This document shows positions 1 through 12,500 of a stretch of 64,000 nt of DNA, piece after piece. This DNA comes from Perna viridis (lineage: Eukaryota). Positions within the stretch are counted from its first letter, which is position 1. The number at the start of each line of letters is the position of its first letter. The stretch spans positions 56,488,862 to 56,552,861 of the forward strand of contig CM074511.1 of NCBI GenBank assembly GCA_037379345.1, written 5' to 3'. The notes under the pieces were generated by a model. That model saw only the letters and a program-made list of their open reading frames with translations, did not search any database and was not told the DNA's origin. A program made the translations under genes and the position numbers.

Positions 1-161
1 GTGGAATTTCTGGAATTCGTTGTTTGTATTTAACCATGCAGTGTAATAAGTGAAATTTCTGGGATACTTTTATTATTTTACCACCAGATGAATATTTTTA
101 TTCAAGACCTGTGAAACTTTAAATCCTCTGGTTACAAATATTTTTTTTGTACTTTTTACAG

Positions 162-3100
162 GAGACATCTAGAAGACTGTTGTACTTTACTGTACCAAGA
201 GTTGTAGCTATATCTCCACAGATGAGACTGGTAGAAGACAATCCAGCTTCTGTGTCGTTACTTGATGTCTACAAACAGGTAACATTTGATATTATGAAGA
301 GAACTTACGTTTAGGGTGAATGCTTTATCTGGATTATTTATTCAGAATTTCTTACTCAGAGTCACAGGAGATAGTTTGCATGCAATTGCTCTGCAAGAAA
401 GACAGAGACATGGAGAACATATATAATTAATGCAGTTACCTTGTTAAGATTTTTAGTTCATTTTCTCTTTTCAGACTAAAATTGTTACACCAACACATTA
501 AATTTGTGTGTATTAAAAATAGGATAATTATTTGGAAAGAATGAGTTAACAAAACATAATCATAAGTGCCAAAGAACACTTAGATTTAATGAGTGGATGA
601 AACTTGTTCTGTTATCTTTAAGAGGTCTTGGCATGAGATTTAATGAGTGGGTGGAACTTGTTCTGTTATCTTTAAGAGGTCTTGGCATGAGTAATTATAT
701 TTTAGTTATTCAGCATTGATTCTCCTATTTATTGTATAGATTCTCCCTTAATTTATTGCTAGTGTGAATTATCGAAATTTTATACAAAGGGAACATTTGA
801 TAAATCACTGCTATCTATATGATTAATCTTCTTCATCATGTTAAGAAATATTGTAATCTTATGCAACTTATTGACTGCTGCACATCCATCCTCCTCTACA
901 GAGATGTGTTAAGAGAGGAATAGAGCATGATGCTCCTATAGCCAGGTACTATGAGAGGCTGGCTACAGTTCAAGCTAGAGGTTCACAAGCTAGTCACCAA
1001 GTCCTTAGAGATGTTTTGAAAGAGGTTCAGAACAACATGGTACCTAGAGGTCTACTGAAGGAGTGGGCTGTTCATACATTTATTACTGCTACTGATTATT
1101 GGACATTTAGGAAAACTGTGAGTGTTTTGTCAATTAGTTAAAATGATTTTTGTGAATAATTATTTTAATAATCTTTCTTGACTGGCATTGAATGGAGAAA
1201 ATTTGAATTTAAAGGCTTTTGATGCCCTAATCTTAAAATTAAATTAAAATGTCAGTCTTATGCAATAACTCTTTTGAACTACTCTAACCAACTAAATCTC
1301 TGTTAGGAGGTTATTAAAAGGGTGACTCAGGGTCTTATCTAGACATTGATGACAAGGAGAAGTTATGTAAATTATGTTTGAAAAATAACAATATTGACAA
1401 TCTGTTACAAAAGCTTCTTCCTATTATAGACAAATGGGAAAAGTGAGCACAAACAAGAAGTTATTGCTCATTTCTCCCTCTAGATTAGGCCCTGGTGACT
1501 GTGAAAGTAATTTATGACTTGATATATTTTCCAGCTAACAATACATTTAGCCCTGATGGGATTTGCTGAGTTTGTACTCCATCTGACTCGTATGAATCCA
1601 GACATGATGTATTTACACCAAGACTGTGGTTATCTTAACATATCTTACTTCAAATTTGATATTGATGATCAATCAGGTAAGAAACACACCACTTTCCTTT
1701 TTTAATAAAATTACATTTATGAATTTATGAAGCTTCTTACTGAAACAGGTTTTGTTTTAGAGCAGAATGTGAATAGTCTTGAAACAAATTACTAGAACTC
1801 ACAGGTCGAAAAAAAATTGATGAATAATTACCTTAAGATTGACATCAGTGTACTGGGCTCACACTACTGTTGTACTTCGGCAAAAAAGTTGCCCTGTTTT
1901 ACTTATTTCACTCTCAGACAACACCAAAAGCGAAGTGAATTCCCCCTCTCATTTTCAGACTTTTTCTGAAGACTGGTACTGTACTCTGTCAAAATACTTT
2001 AAGAAGTAGTATTTTGACTTTCAATATTAATCAAAACAAAAAATGGTGCCCATTGAAGAAGAAACCTATTTTTTTTAAGCCTATTCATGACAAACATAGG
2101 TGATGGATTGAACAGTCTTTACTCTAGGTGCTAGTGAATGATAGTCATGTGTCCCTGGCCCCTCCCCACTTCTCCCTGGTCTCTTTCTGTAAGAGAAGTA
2201 ACTTGAGCCTTGCAATGTAATCATTGATTGTACAGGATTTTGGAAGACTCAGATATTTAAATGGAATGAACAGACAAACTTGGCATAAAGTGATAAATTT
2301 GTGTGTAGATAGTTTTTAAAAAAAAAACATATACATATAAACAAGGAAGTATTAAATATTTGTTAACAAATATCCTGTTATGAATATTTGTAGGTGATCT
2401 TGATGCCAACAGACCAGTTCCATTCAGATTGACACCAAATATTGCTGAGTTCCTTACAACAATAGGAGTAATAGGACCCCTTACAGCTTCTATGGTGGCA
2501 GCAGCAAGATGTCTTGTTCAGCCACAGTATAAACTACCTAGCTTCCTGAAAGCCATTCTGAGGGATGAATTCATCACATGGCATAAAAAGGTAGGGAATG
2601 AGAACTTATTATCCTCCTCATTTTATATCTGTAAATCCTCCCAAAATCTATAAGTCTATATGTTATGGAATCACTGAAATTGGTAAATTCTCCTAAGCTG
2701 TAAGAATGAATGTAATTGTTTTAGTGGGAATTTTTAACTACTGCTTGAAAGGAATGTATTTAGACTTGTCTGTTGGCCACTCTTTTTTGTAACAGTGTTT
2801 TGTTGAAATTTCTTTTCACAGTCACATGATATATTTATACAAGCTTTATGTTGGTGTGTCGTATTTCAGGATTTAGGTTTTGGCTTTGGCAACAACTTCC
2901 TGCTAGTCAACTCATGGTCATACTTTTACCATATATTCAAGTTTGAGTGTGGGGTTTCCTGCGAACTTAATATTGCATTTTCATGTTTAATACAGTTTTT
3001 AAAATGAAAAGTGTTATAAAAATGTCCTTTTACTATGGCAGGTTTAAATTTTATTTTTAGAAACAAGAGGAATTACAGCCAGGGACAGAACCAACAGATA

Positions 3101-3791
3101 TGGAAGGAGAACAGTTGATTACCATGGTTACCAAGGCAGTCCAGGCCATTACCACTAGACTTCATAGTAAGTTATCTACATCGCATAATATTGCAGGCAT
3201 GCATTTTATATTTCTTGTTAGGTACACAATAGTGATACTAAACCAATGCCATAATATCAGCTATTTAGAATAGGTAAAACCTCCTTGATGATCTACTGAT
3301 CTCCTGGTAGTATGTTTACCTCAAGTGAAGGAGGTTTTTAGTAATACCAGAGACTTTAAAAATTGGAAGTCATTGTTGCATATAAGGGATACCATGTCAT
3401 TATATCCAGCTTAGCAATGTCAGTCTAGCACAGATAAAGGTGCATTTGATTGGTCAAAGGTTCTATTACTGAAATGCATCAAATATCTGCCGATGGGTAT
3501 TAAAGCCTCATTAATTAAGTGATTAAGTAGAAAAAGGCGCACTATTTTCTTGTTAAAGTGTTTGATTTGTACTGGTCAAGTTATCATTCTGACAGAAGTT
3601 TTGCATATCAAATCAATAATGCTATTGTAAGAAGGTAAGGTTAGAAAATAATTCAGATTATGATTCATTTAATTTTTGCAGATCTAGCTACATTTGAAGG
3701 AGCTGAGAGTAAAGTCAGTACCTTGGTAGCTGCTGCTAATAGCCATGATAATCTATGTAGAATGGATCCAGCTTGGCATCCATGGTTGTAG
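162..3791 (+). CDS. TRRAP: TRRAP (transformation/transcription domain-associated protein, PIKK pseudokinase), last 6 coding exons; gene is 5'-incomplete in this window
   Basis: GT-AG exons 162-278, 902-1117, 1535-1676, 2394-2590, 3061-3166, 3682-3791 splice in frame. They give ETSRRLLYFTVPRVVAISPQMRLVEDNP...RPVPFRLTPNI...FATC end LVAAANSHDNLCRMDPAWHPWL* (TAG 3789-3791), the diagnostic TRRAP/Tra1 C-terminus. Confidence 0.97.
519..820. mobile_element. Non-autonomous hairpin-type repeat element in a TRRAP intron (same family as 23216-23541), with an internal 54-bp tandem duplication
   Basis: Shares aataggataatt...cttggcatgagt...tcctatttatt and gtgtgaattatc...gggaacatttgataaa.cactgctatctatat with 23216-23541. 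The 54-bp direct repeat starts at 582 and 636. Confidence 0.6.
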
Positions 3792-4702
3792 ACATTTGAT
3801 CAATTAGAATCGATTCTGCTGACTACCCATAACAGATGAAAGTTCTGTGGGTGAAAATGTGTTTAAAATGTAATGCCCTGTGTAGACTGGATTAGGAAGA
3901 CCATTAGATGTTGAGACTCAACTGTGTTCCATTAAAACAATAACTCTCAGTTGTATTTCAAAGATAACTATCGTGTGCGAAGTAGATAAACAGTCTGTCA
4001 AAGGTGTTATTGTAGTAAAAAGACCGAAGGAAGTAAGGCTTGAACTGGTCAATTATTGTCTTGTTATAAGGAAGCTCGAAACACTTACAATTCTACAGCA
4101 TTGTTTATGGAATTGTAGGAGTCATTGTCATGTTATGAGGAAACTTTTGATCAATTGTTGTATTTCATTTGTTAAAATACCACTTTGGTCATGTATTGTT
4201 AAAAAGTATATAAAGAATTTAAGACATGAACTACTTGTGCCAACTTGTTTTTGATCTAGGGCTTTCTTTCATTTCATTGCTCCATCTAATCCCTCATCAT
4301 GTTTCTGGCTATGTACAATAAAAAACTTGCATAACTCTTTTAAAGCAATGAAAAAATATCTATAAATATGCTTCCGTTTATCATTGATCATCATGAAAGA
4401 TGGCCAGAAAACCAAGCAATTACATGTTACTGACCCAGCTGTGTTCATTGTTTTGTAAATGCTGTGCATGCCATATATTTGATCAACTCCATTTTTTTTA
4501 ATGACCAGAAGTTTTAATGGAATAAGATGTGCTATACAAAAAAATTTTTTTGATGATTTTTTTTTAATTTCTTTTTGAAACAATTGATGAATTTGTATAA
4601 ACAAAATATCAAATTGAATTCTGATGAACCAATGGTATTTATATTGAATGGAATTGTGTACAGATATTGATCAATGCATTGTTGTTAACAAATGAGTTAT
4701 TA

Positions 4703-4853
4703 NNNNNNNNNNNNNNNNNNNNNNNNNNNNNNNNNNNNNNNNNNNNNNNNNNNNNNNNNNNNNNNNNNNNNNNNNNNNNNNNNNNNNNNNNNNNNNNNNN
4801 NNNNNNNNNNNNNNNNNNNNNNNNNNNNNNNNNNNNNNNNNNNNNNNNNNNNN
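4703..4853. other. Assembly gap (151 N)
   Basis: Run of N bases. Confidence 1.
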
Positions 4854-5227
4854 ATTTGATCAGGTAATATGACAAGACCCCTTGTTGAAAGTTGTTATTT
4901 TTGGAGAAATCTATCTTAATTCTCAAAATGTGGATAACTGTAACCATCTTCTCCCAAAACTATTAATTGATAGACACTTATGGTTATGTTCTTTCCATTG
5001 GAACTGTTTCCAATTAAAAAAATAACTCTCAAAATGTTAAATTTATGGTTTTAATCTCTTTATAAAACCTAAAAAATATTTGTATTCTTGAGATTATCGT
5101 ACAAAAACAGTAATTTAGCAGTATATTAATGAAATCCATAATAACTGGATTTAAAGAAATAATGTATTCAGTATGGACTTTCTGAAGAAGTTTTGAAGGT
5201 GTTTATATATTTTTGCTACTTGTATGA

Positions 5228-5233
5228 AATAAA
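5228..5233 (+). terminator. Candidate TRRAP polyadenylation signal
   Basis: AATAAA followed by a GT/T-rich tract (5249-5282). An alternative AATAAA lies at 4317. Confidence 0.35.
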
Positions 5234-5591
5234 TCCATAATGAACAAGGTCTTTTGTATCATTTTAGTTTTGCTTTTTGTTTATAAGTGTGGATCTTTTT
5301 TCCGGTGACCAGTACTGCACTGCAAGTCTGCTAACCCCACATGCCATTCTGAGGATTGTGAGCCGATATATGTAGAATCATGCTGATATATAGTCCTCTG
5401 CAGGTTAAAGTTAAGGTAAAGTCCAGAGAAGCCATTGAATATTGTGAAATTAGCATAGAAGCCTATGGGAAGTGGAATTAGTGGTTTTTAGCCTAGAATT
5501 ACCACAGGGCGGGAAAATTAAAGTTGTTGTTTACTCAGTGTTAATAAAAGTGATGGATATATATATATATTTTAAAATTTTAATTAAAATA

Positions 5592-5660
5592 TAATGAATG
5601 TATTCAATTTCTGATTAGTTTATACACTATAACCTAATAAGAAATTGAATACATTCATTA
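5592..5660. repeat. Near-perfect 69-nt inverted repeat (hairpin)
   Basis: taatgaatgtattcaatttct (5592-5612) is the exact reverse complement of 5640-5660. Inner attag/ctaat and ttata/tataa also pair around a cac loop. Confidence 0.85.
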
Positions 5661-7737
5661 AGTGTATAATTCTGAGCTTATGAACACACATCTCAATTCT
5701 TATATTTCAGTCAACATCGTTTTCTAGCGCCTGCATTTAGATAAGTCCTGAACCCAAGTTGAGGTTCTTCATTAATAGACCCGGTAAGAGTTACTCAATC
5801 TAAGCTGCTTTACAGGGATAAGACATGCATGATGCTGTGCTTTGGCGTTCCTGTATATAGCTATGCTTATATAGTGTTGATCAATATTTTACACTTGTAG
5901 TGATTTTAAAGGTCGCATGATATGATTTGAGGATAGAGATAATTTTTTGAAATGGAGACTATACATAACACGCAAGGATGTATTCTTACGTTGCGTGTGC
6001 TTTACTCCTGATCTTCCAGTATATTGGTAACCCGGACTATTTATATGACAATTTAAGTACTTCTCTGTCTAAGAATTAGGCCAAATGTGTATAAGATGTG
6101 GCATATGAAAAAAAAAACGGAGAGATTTTGTTGCATTAACTAAGTATTTGTACCAGTAACCTCCAGAATATTACCATTAAAGTGATTGTAAAATTTGCCT
6201 TTTTCAGATATTGATACGTCAAATTTAGTTGAAATGCACTGTGGAAAAATGGCGGGGATATTTTCCCGCACATTTTTCCTATAAAAGCAGTCATAAAATA
6301 TATTAAGTCAAAGATGCTTCAGGGTAAATTTAAGTAGCTTTTCAGTTATTTTCTATGTTGAAAATGTTTGAGGCGAAAAAAAGACCAAATTGAGAAAAAT
6401 GATGTGCCACGCATTGCCTGATTCTTGCACAAAATGGTACTTTCTGGATTTCTGTGAGTTGATTATCCTGCACAAGCTGAAAAAAGAGAAGTCCAAACCA
6501 AGGATATCTAGATCTGCTATTAAGCCTTGGACCAAATGTCTTGTACCAAAGATCAGATAGGGAAACACCTACGTTCTCCTTCCCCTGTATGAAGGAGAAA
6601 AGAACTTTGCTTGAGTTTTATTTAGTTATTTCAATAATAGGGAAATGTCTACCTTTATTTCTTAAGAATTCCGGAAAAACTGCCTGACTTCAAACGAATT
6701 ATGAAAAGGTGTGAGATGTTATACAACTTGTTCCTTTGGTAACCGTTTTGTAAAGTTGGAAACATATTTTTTGATTGCCGTCGTATCTTTAGAATGTCAA
6801 TGAGATGCCATTCTTTAATTCGTGCCTTTTAATCTGAAACTGAAAGAAACTGAAAATTAAGGGTGTTGGCACTTAATGCATATGATAATGTTCAATTGAA
6901 GAGCCACTTCAATAGATTCGATATAGTGACATACAAAATGGATGAAAAAAAAGAAAATGGTGGTTAAACGAAAGTATTATTTTTTTATTTGAGTTATATA
7001 AGACAAAGTTTATTTGGAAAGTATATCCTTTTATTAAGGACGAATTTACAACCAACTAGCTTTTTTAGATATAAATTTTTGGTCTACATATGTTTTATTT
7101 TCACGTAACAATAGTTCTTTCTGTATTCAGAACTGTATTTGTGAGAAAACCACGCGTGTATCTCCCACTTAAATCAACCAATCAAGAACTCTTGCTAAGT
7201 GTGAATTTCATACACAATCTATATACTCTGATATGCCTCAAAGATGTTTAGACCACAGACATGGTAAAAAGTGATAAACACATAACCAACATTTCATACA
7301 ACACATAGGCTGCATCTATTAAAAAAATGTGAACACTGAAACTAGTCCTATTAGAATCGAAATCACGGAAACTCCATTTTATAATTGTTTTACCACGGAT
7401 TGGCCAGTTATATCCTCATTTAACCCATCGCTATCGCTCGCAGGCGCGTAGCTAGGAAGCCCGGGCTTCCACATTATTTTGCAAAGAATGTGAAATGAAA
7501 TAAACTAAAGAGAGATAGAGGAGAAAAGATGAGGAGGTGGTAATATATTTATAAGTCGAATCGGTCACGTATGGGGGTTTCTATGTTGTTCTTTGATTTA
7601 CTATGTCCTCATTGACTAAAGACACGATTTTATTATGTGGAACTCTAAATCCCATTTTCATGAAGGTAACATATAGACGTTTTATATATGATTTGAATTT
7701 GTAAATGTTTAAGGCAGATCGATTTTAACAATGTCTG

Positions 7738-9597
7738 AAAACAAGAGGCTCCCAGGAGCCTGAATCGCTCATCTGGTTGAATTTGTCTAAGGGCAATAAC
7801 TCTAACAAGGAGTTGTCAGACAATTTTGGCTCCATTTGATTCATTGGACACATTTGTAAGCCTTATAATAAGGATCTTTTCAGCAATTGAAAGCTATTGG
7901 CTAAGCCTAACATATTTTGAGATGTATGCAAAAATCTGCTGTCTGACCCCAATGTTCTATTTTTAGAAACGGCAGCCATGTTTTTTTTTTCAGCAATCAA
8001 AAATCGATCATTTCGTTAAGGATACCCTATAAAACAAAAATGCCATAATTGAATTTTGCAGAATAGTTTCTGAGGAGCAGATTTTTTTTAAAGTAATAAC
8101 ATCAAAAATCAAAAGCAAAAAAATTTTCACCAAAATTTGACCACAGATAGATCTGTTCTTGCTGAGTAATTTTATCTCAAGTCAGATTTTGGTTAAACCT
8201 AACCGTTTTGGAGATATAATAAACAAATCTGCTGTCTGACCACTATGTTCTATTTTTAGTAACAGCAGCCATGCTTTATAACAGATCAAAAATCCAAATG
8301 GTCATTTCGTTAAGGATACCTTTTAAAACAAAATACCAACTTTCATTAAATTCTGTAAAGTAGTTTCTGAGCAGAAGATCTTTTAAAACAATAACATTAA
8401 AAACAGCAAAAAAAAACGCCCAAAAAGGGCAATAACTCAAACATGGGTCAGGTCTCACTAACCACTTCCGTGTCAAATGACCACCCCCCCCCCCCCCATG
8501 TAGTACCAAAAACACACTGAACCTAGACATATGCATTGTAAGTGCATTATTTGCATGTATTATGATTAAAAGTAGTCAAAATAAAACTAAGAATGTGTAC
8601 TTTAAAATCATATATGTAATTAATTACAAAAGTGTATGAATATTGTTTACATGTGTGAGTAATATGCCTCCATGCTGTCAGTTAGCAGAACAAGTAAAAA
8701 TGTGGATTTTCAGTATTATTTATTCAAGTAAATTTTGTGAAGAATTTCTACTATCATCGTACCATTGGCATAATGATTTTGGAATTTTGGAAGCCTTACT
8801 TTCCAAGCTTCGCAACAGTATGCAACTTTAAGATGTCATTTGTCCTGGGAATTCACAGTGAGACTTTGAAAATTACTTTTTTAACATGTAAAGTAATGGA
8901 AACGTTAGAAGTGGTTAGTGAGACCTCAACAGATTTTCACCACATTTTGACCACAGATAGATCTCATCATGCTGAACACATTTAATTCATGTCAGAATTG
9001 GGCTAAACCTAACGGTTTAGGAGAAATATGCGAAAAAGTACTGTCTGACCCCTATGTTCTATTTTTAGTAACGGAGGCCATGTTTTTCGACGGATAAAGA
9101 ATCCCAACATCAGTTCTATGAAGGATACACCAAGGAACATTCATACCAAGTTTGGTTCCAAATGGTCAAGTGTTGTCAGAGGAGAAGATCTTTTAAAACA
9201 ATAACATTAAAAACAGCAAAAACGCCCAAAAAGGGCAATAACTCCAACTTGGATCAACAGATTTTCACCACATTTTGACCACAGATAGATCTCATCATGC
9301 TGAACACTTTTACCCCGTGTCAGAATTTGGTTAATCTAACGGTTTTGGAGAATATTCGAAAACTACTGTCTGACCTGTTCTATTTTTAGTAACGGCGGCC
9401 ATGTTTTTCGACGGATCAAAAATCCACACCACAGTTCTATGCAGGATACCCCAAGAAACATTCATACCAAGTTTGGTTCGAATTGGTCAAGTAGTTTCAG
9501 AGAAGAGTTTTGAAAAATTGTAAACGACGACAACGGACGACGACAGACGCCAAGTGAAGGCAGTAGCTCACCTAGCCTTCGCCGGGTGAGCTAAAAA
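7738..9597. mobile_element. Non-autonomous Helentron-derived (HINE / pearl-like) element with an internal ~290-320-bp tandem array
   Basis: Left end aaacaagagg...atcgctcatctg. Right end has a gacgac microsatellite then the stem-loop tagctcacctagccttcgccgggtgagctaaaaa. The repeat core ctgtctgacc..atgttctatttttag.aacggc.gccatgttttt recurs at about 7940, 8232, 9041 and 9366. Confidence 0.8.
8451..8925. mobile_element. MITE with perfect 18-bp TIRs and a 3-bp TSD (TCA), PIF/Harbinger-like, nested in the HINE
   Basis: ggtctcactaaccacttc (8451-8468) pairs with gaagtggttagtgagacc (8908-8925). TCA at 8448-8450 and 8926-8928. The uninterrupted sister repeat near 9250 reads ggaTCAacagattttcac. Confidence 0.9.
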
Positions 9598-12500
9598 TGA
9601 CATACATGTATACTGTGTGTGTGGACCATTTGTCGTTTCAAAACGGGCTTTCATAATGATAACGATGAATAGACATGGTGGTGTTCAGAGGTATAAGTCA
9701 GCAATATAGACTGGACCCCTAAGAGGTCAATGTCAACGTTGCCCATTTACTAGTACTTTATATCATACATAAAATACAGAATCAAGGTCAGTATAAGAAC
9801 TTGTAATAAAAAGGTTAATGGGTTTTCCATAACAATTTACCAAATTGATGATGATAGCTGAAACTTGATAGTCTATTCTATATTTATGACACGCTGAAAA
9901 AAATTGGTTCTTGGTGCAGATAGGAACCCCGTAACGATCCACGCTTTCACGATGAGTACCATAAAAACGTCAATCTTGTAGCAACATAAAACCTGGTCCA
10001 GAAGCCTAATTGTAAGAAGTCTAGCGCGGTTCAAAAAAAAAATTGCGTAATTACAGCAATTACAGCACTGACATAACGTATGAGTTGTGATATGAAAACA
10101 CCATACGCAGGTGTTGAAGGAATTGGTATTTTAAAAAACACAAATTACAACATATCAAATTATCTCGCAGTAAAGCCCTTTCCTTCATAATTTTTTACTA
10201 ACTTTTATGGTTCTAAAACGCTCCATCATTTTTAGAAATAAAAGCAAATTGTTTTTTTTACATGCATGAACCATCTCAAGTATGATTTTTATAAAGACAG
10301 TCATTTTTAAAAATAGAAAACTTGACAGTGATTCAGGGATTTTGGAAGGGGCTCAGGGACATTATTGGTCTTTTTAGCCGAAAAAATACACAAATTTCAA
10401 ATAAAACGGGGTTAATACACCGCCATCCTTTATGCACTGTAAATTTCGCTGGTTTCTTGTTTCTTCATTATCATAACGCCATGATTAGTCCATACTATAT
10501 TTCGGAAGTCATATATTTGAAAGTTACCCCCCCCCCCAAAAAAAAAAAAGAAAGAAAAAAAGTGTTTGAATGCCCATCAATACTTTGATTCAAACTGTAT
10601 TCGTTATTATGTAACAAGTAGATTATGTCCTTTATTGATGTGAATGTAATACACGCAAAGACGAGACTATTCCAATTCAGTAAGACACATACGATTTAAT
10701 ATTCCTGTACTTAGAATGTTAGTGCAGATGTAGTAAATGCACTTTCTACCGGTACATGCTAATGGAATGCACCAAAACATGAGAATGGATTGGTCTGACA
10801 TTTAAAATAAATTATGCGATTATAATTTTATGGGTATATTAGAATTTCGAAATGGAGACTATTACCACTCATAATAACTTACATTTTCGAGCATAAGGCG
10901 GACCCCTGCCCCACCTCCCCTTACTGGGTCCACGTATATAGGCTACCCGGAAAGATGAGATATTGATGAAGATGCAGTTAAACCATTTAATGCGGCATAA
11001 AGTTTGAGGATTAGAATAAAAACGTTCAAATATTGATCAATATTATTGTAAATATATTTGTTCCGATCTGTGGAGAAAAAGATTAACCATCTAGCAAACG
11101 ATACAATATGATTTTTCTCAAAATTCTAGAAGTATTGAGCTTAAGGGTCCGATCGTGTAGTGTCATGTACATTTAGTTTTTATCACTAAACTACAGACAG
11201 GGTGGCAAGTCTAGGGGGGGGGGACTAGTTGTCGCATAGCTTCAACATTACAGACATTTAAATACACATTAATTTCCATTCAGTATTTGAAGTAAATCCT
11301 CTGCTAATTATTTCTACTCAGTCTCAACCTTAAATGCAAATCCCGTAGTTGTACGAGGACGTACTGGGTGTTTATTTATTCAAGTTTGGCTGTACTAAGT
11401 CAAGTCTGGATGCACTCTTTGTAGTACAGGAGAGTGCACAGGAACATTTAGCTTAAAATGAACTGCTCCAGGATGTGAACAGGATGACTAGTATTGGCAA
11501 AGTGGTAGCGTCAGGTTAATGCTCAGTAAATTATGCAGATGCAATAAAATACTAATCCAGAATTGCGATCATGATCGATCAGTTGATATGAACAATACTT
11601 TTAAAACGAATACTTTACGACAACAAGATTAGAAAACATAAATTAACAAAATTAAAAAAAAATATACAGAAATTATTCAAGATAAATTTCATACACGTCG
11701 ATTGCTTTGTAAAAAAAATAATAAAAATATGTCGTTTATAACAAATGGCTAGTTACTTATGAATATTACAATGTAGAGCCGTTTAAAAATATCGCTGAAA
11801 CGACAAAAACAATACAAATGGCTTGAAAGGGTTGTAATAATATAGAAGTAAGCAACACCCCGTCTTAAAACTGTACTAAAGCGATGTATTATCTACTTTG
11901 CTACTAGTACATGGTTCTAAGTATTGGAGGATAATAAAGAACGATGTAAAAAAAATAAAGTTTACGAGGACATTTTATGTTTAATGGTACAAAGATATCC
12001 TAACTGTAACGAAGACACTCAGACCGTGAAAATAAAGGAACAACACTTAACATTTTAGCCCAAATAAAGAATTTGAAATGCTATGAGGGATAACATTCCA
12101 TAACAGAATTCCCGAAGGAAAAGTGCCAAAGTGGCAGACCAAAAGCGGGACCAAAAGGCACACGGAGGTTGTAGAAGAAGAGATGAATACCACGAACAGC
12201 AACTAGTGTACAATGACGAAGACGGTGACAGACAACGGAAGCTTAATATCCATCACATTAAGAAGAGGGACTTCTGATAGTGAACCCGTATATATTTTAG
12301 AGCTGCTTCATAAAGAATTTATTGTTAAGATTTCAAGTTTCTGCACATAGACAAACTACATGCCAGACAGCATATCAGACAGTCTAAGTATTAAGACAAT
12401 GTGAAGGTTGTATTAATAGCATTTCGGTAAAATGGGAGAGAACTTTGTCATTGTAAAAACACAAAAATTGAACAGATACACCATCGTATGACCTTTATAA

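Noticed and set aside
3973-4947. ORFs downstream of the TRRAP stop codon
   Set aside because: They lie in the presumptive 3' UTR, show no recognisable domain, and two are artefacts of the N gap.
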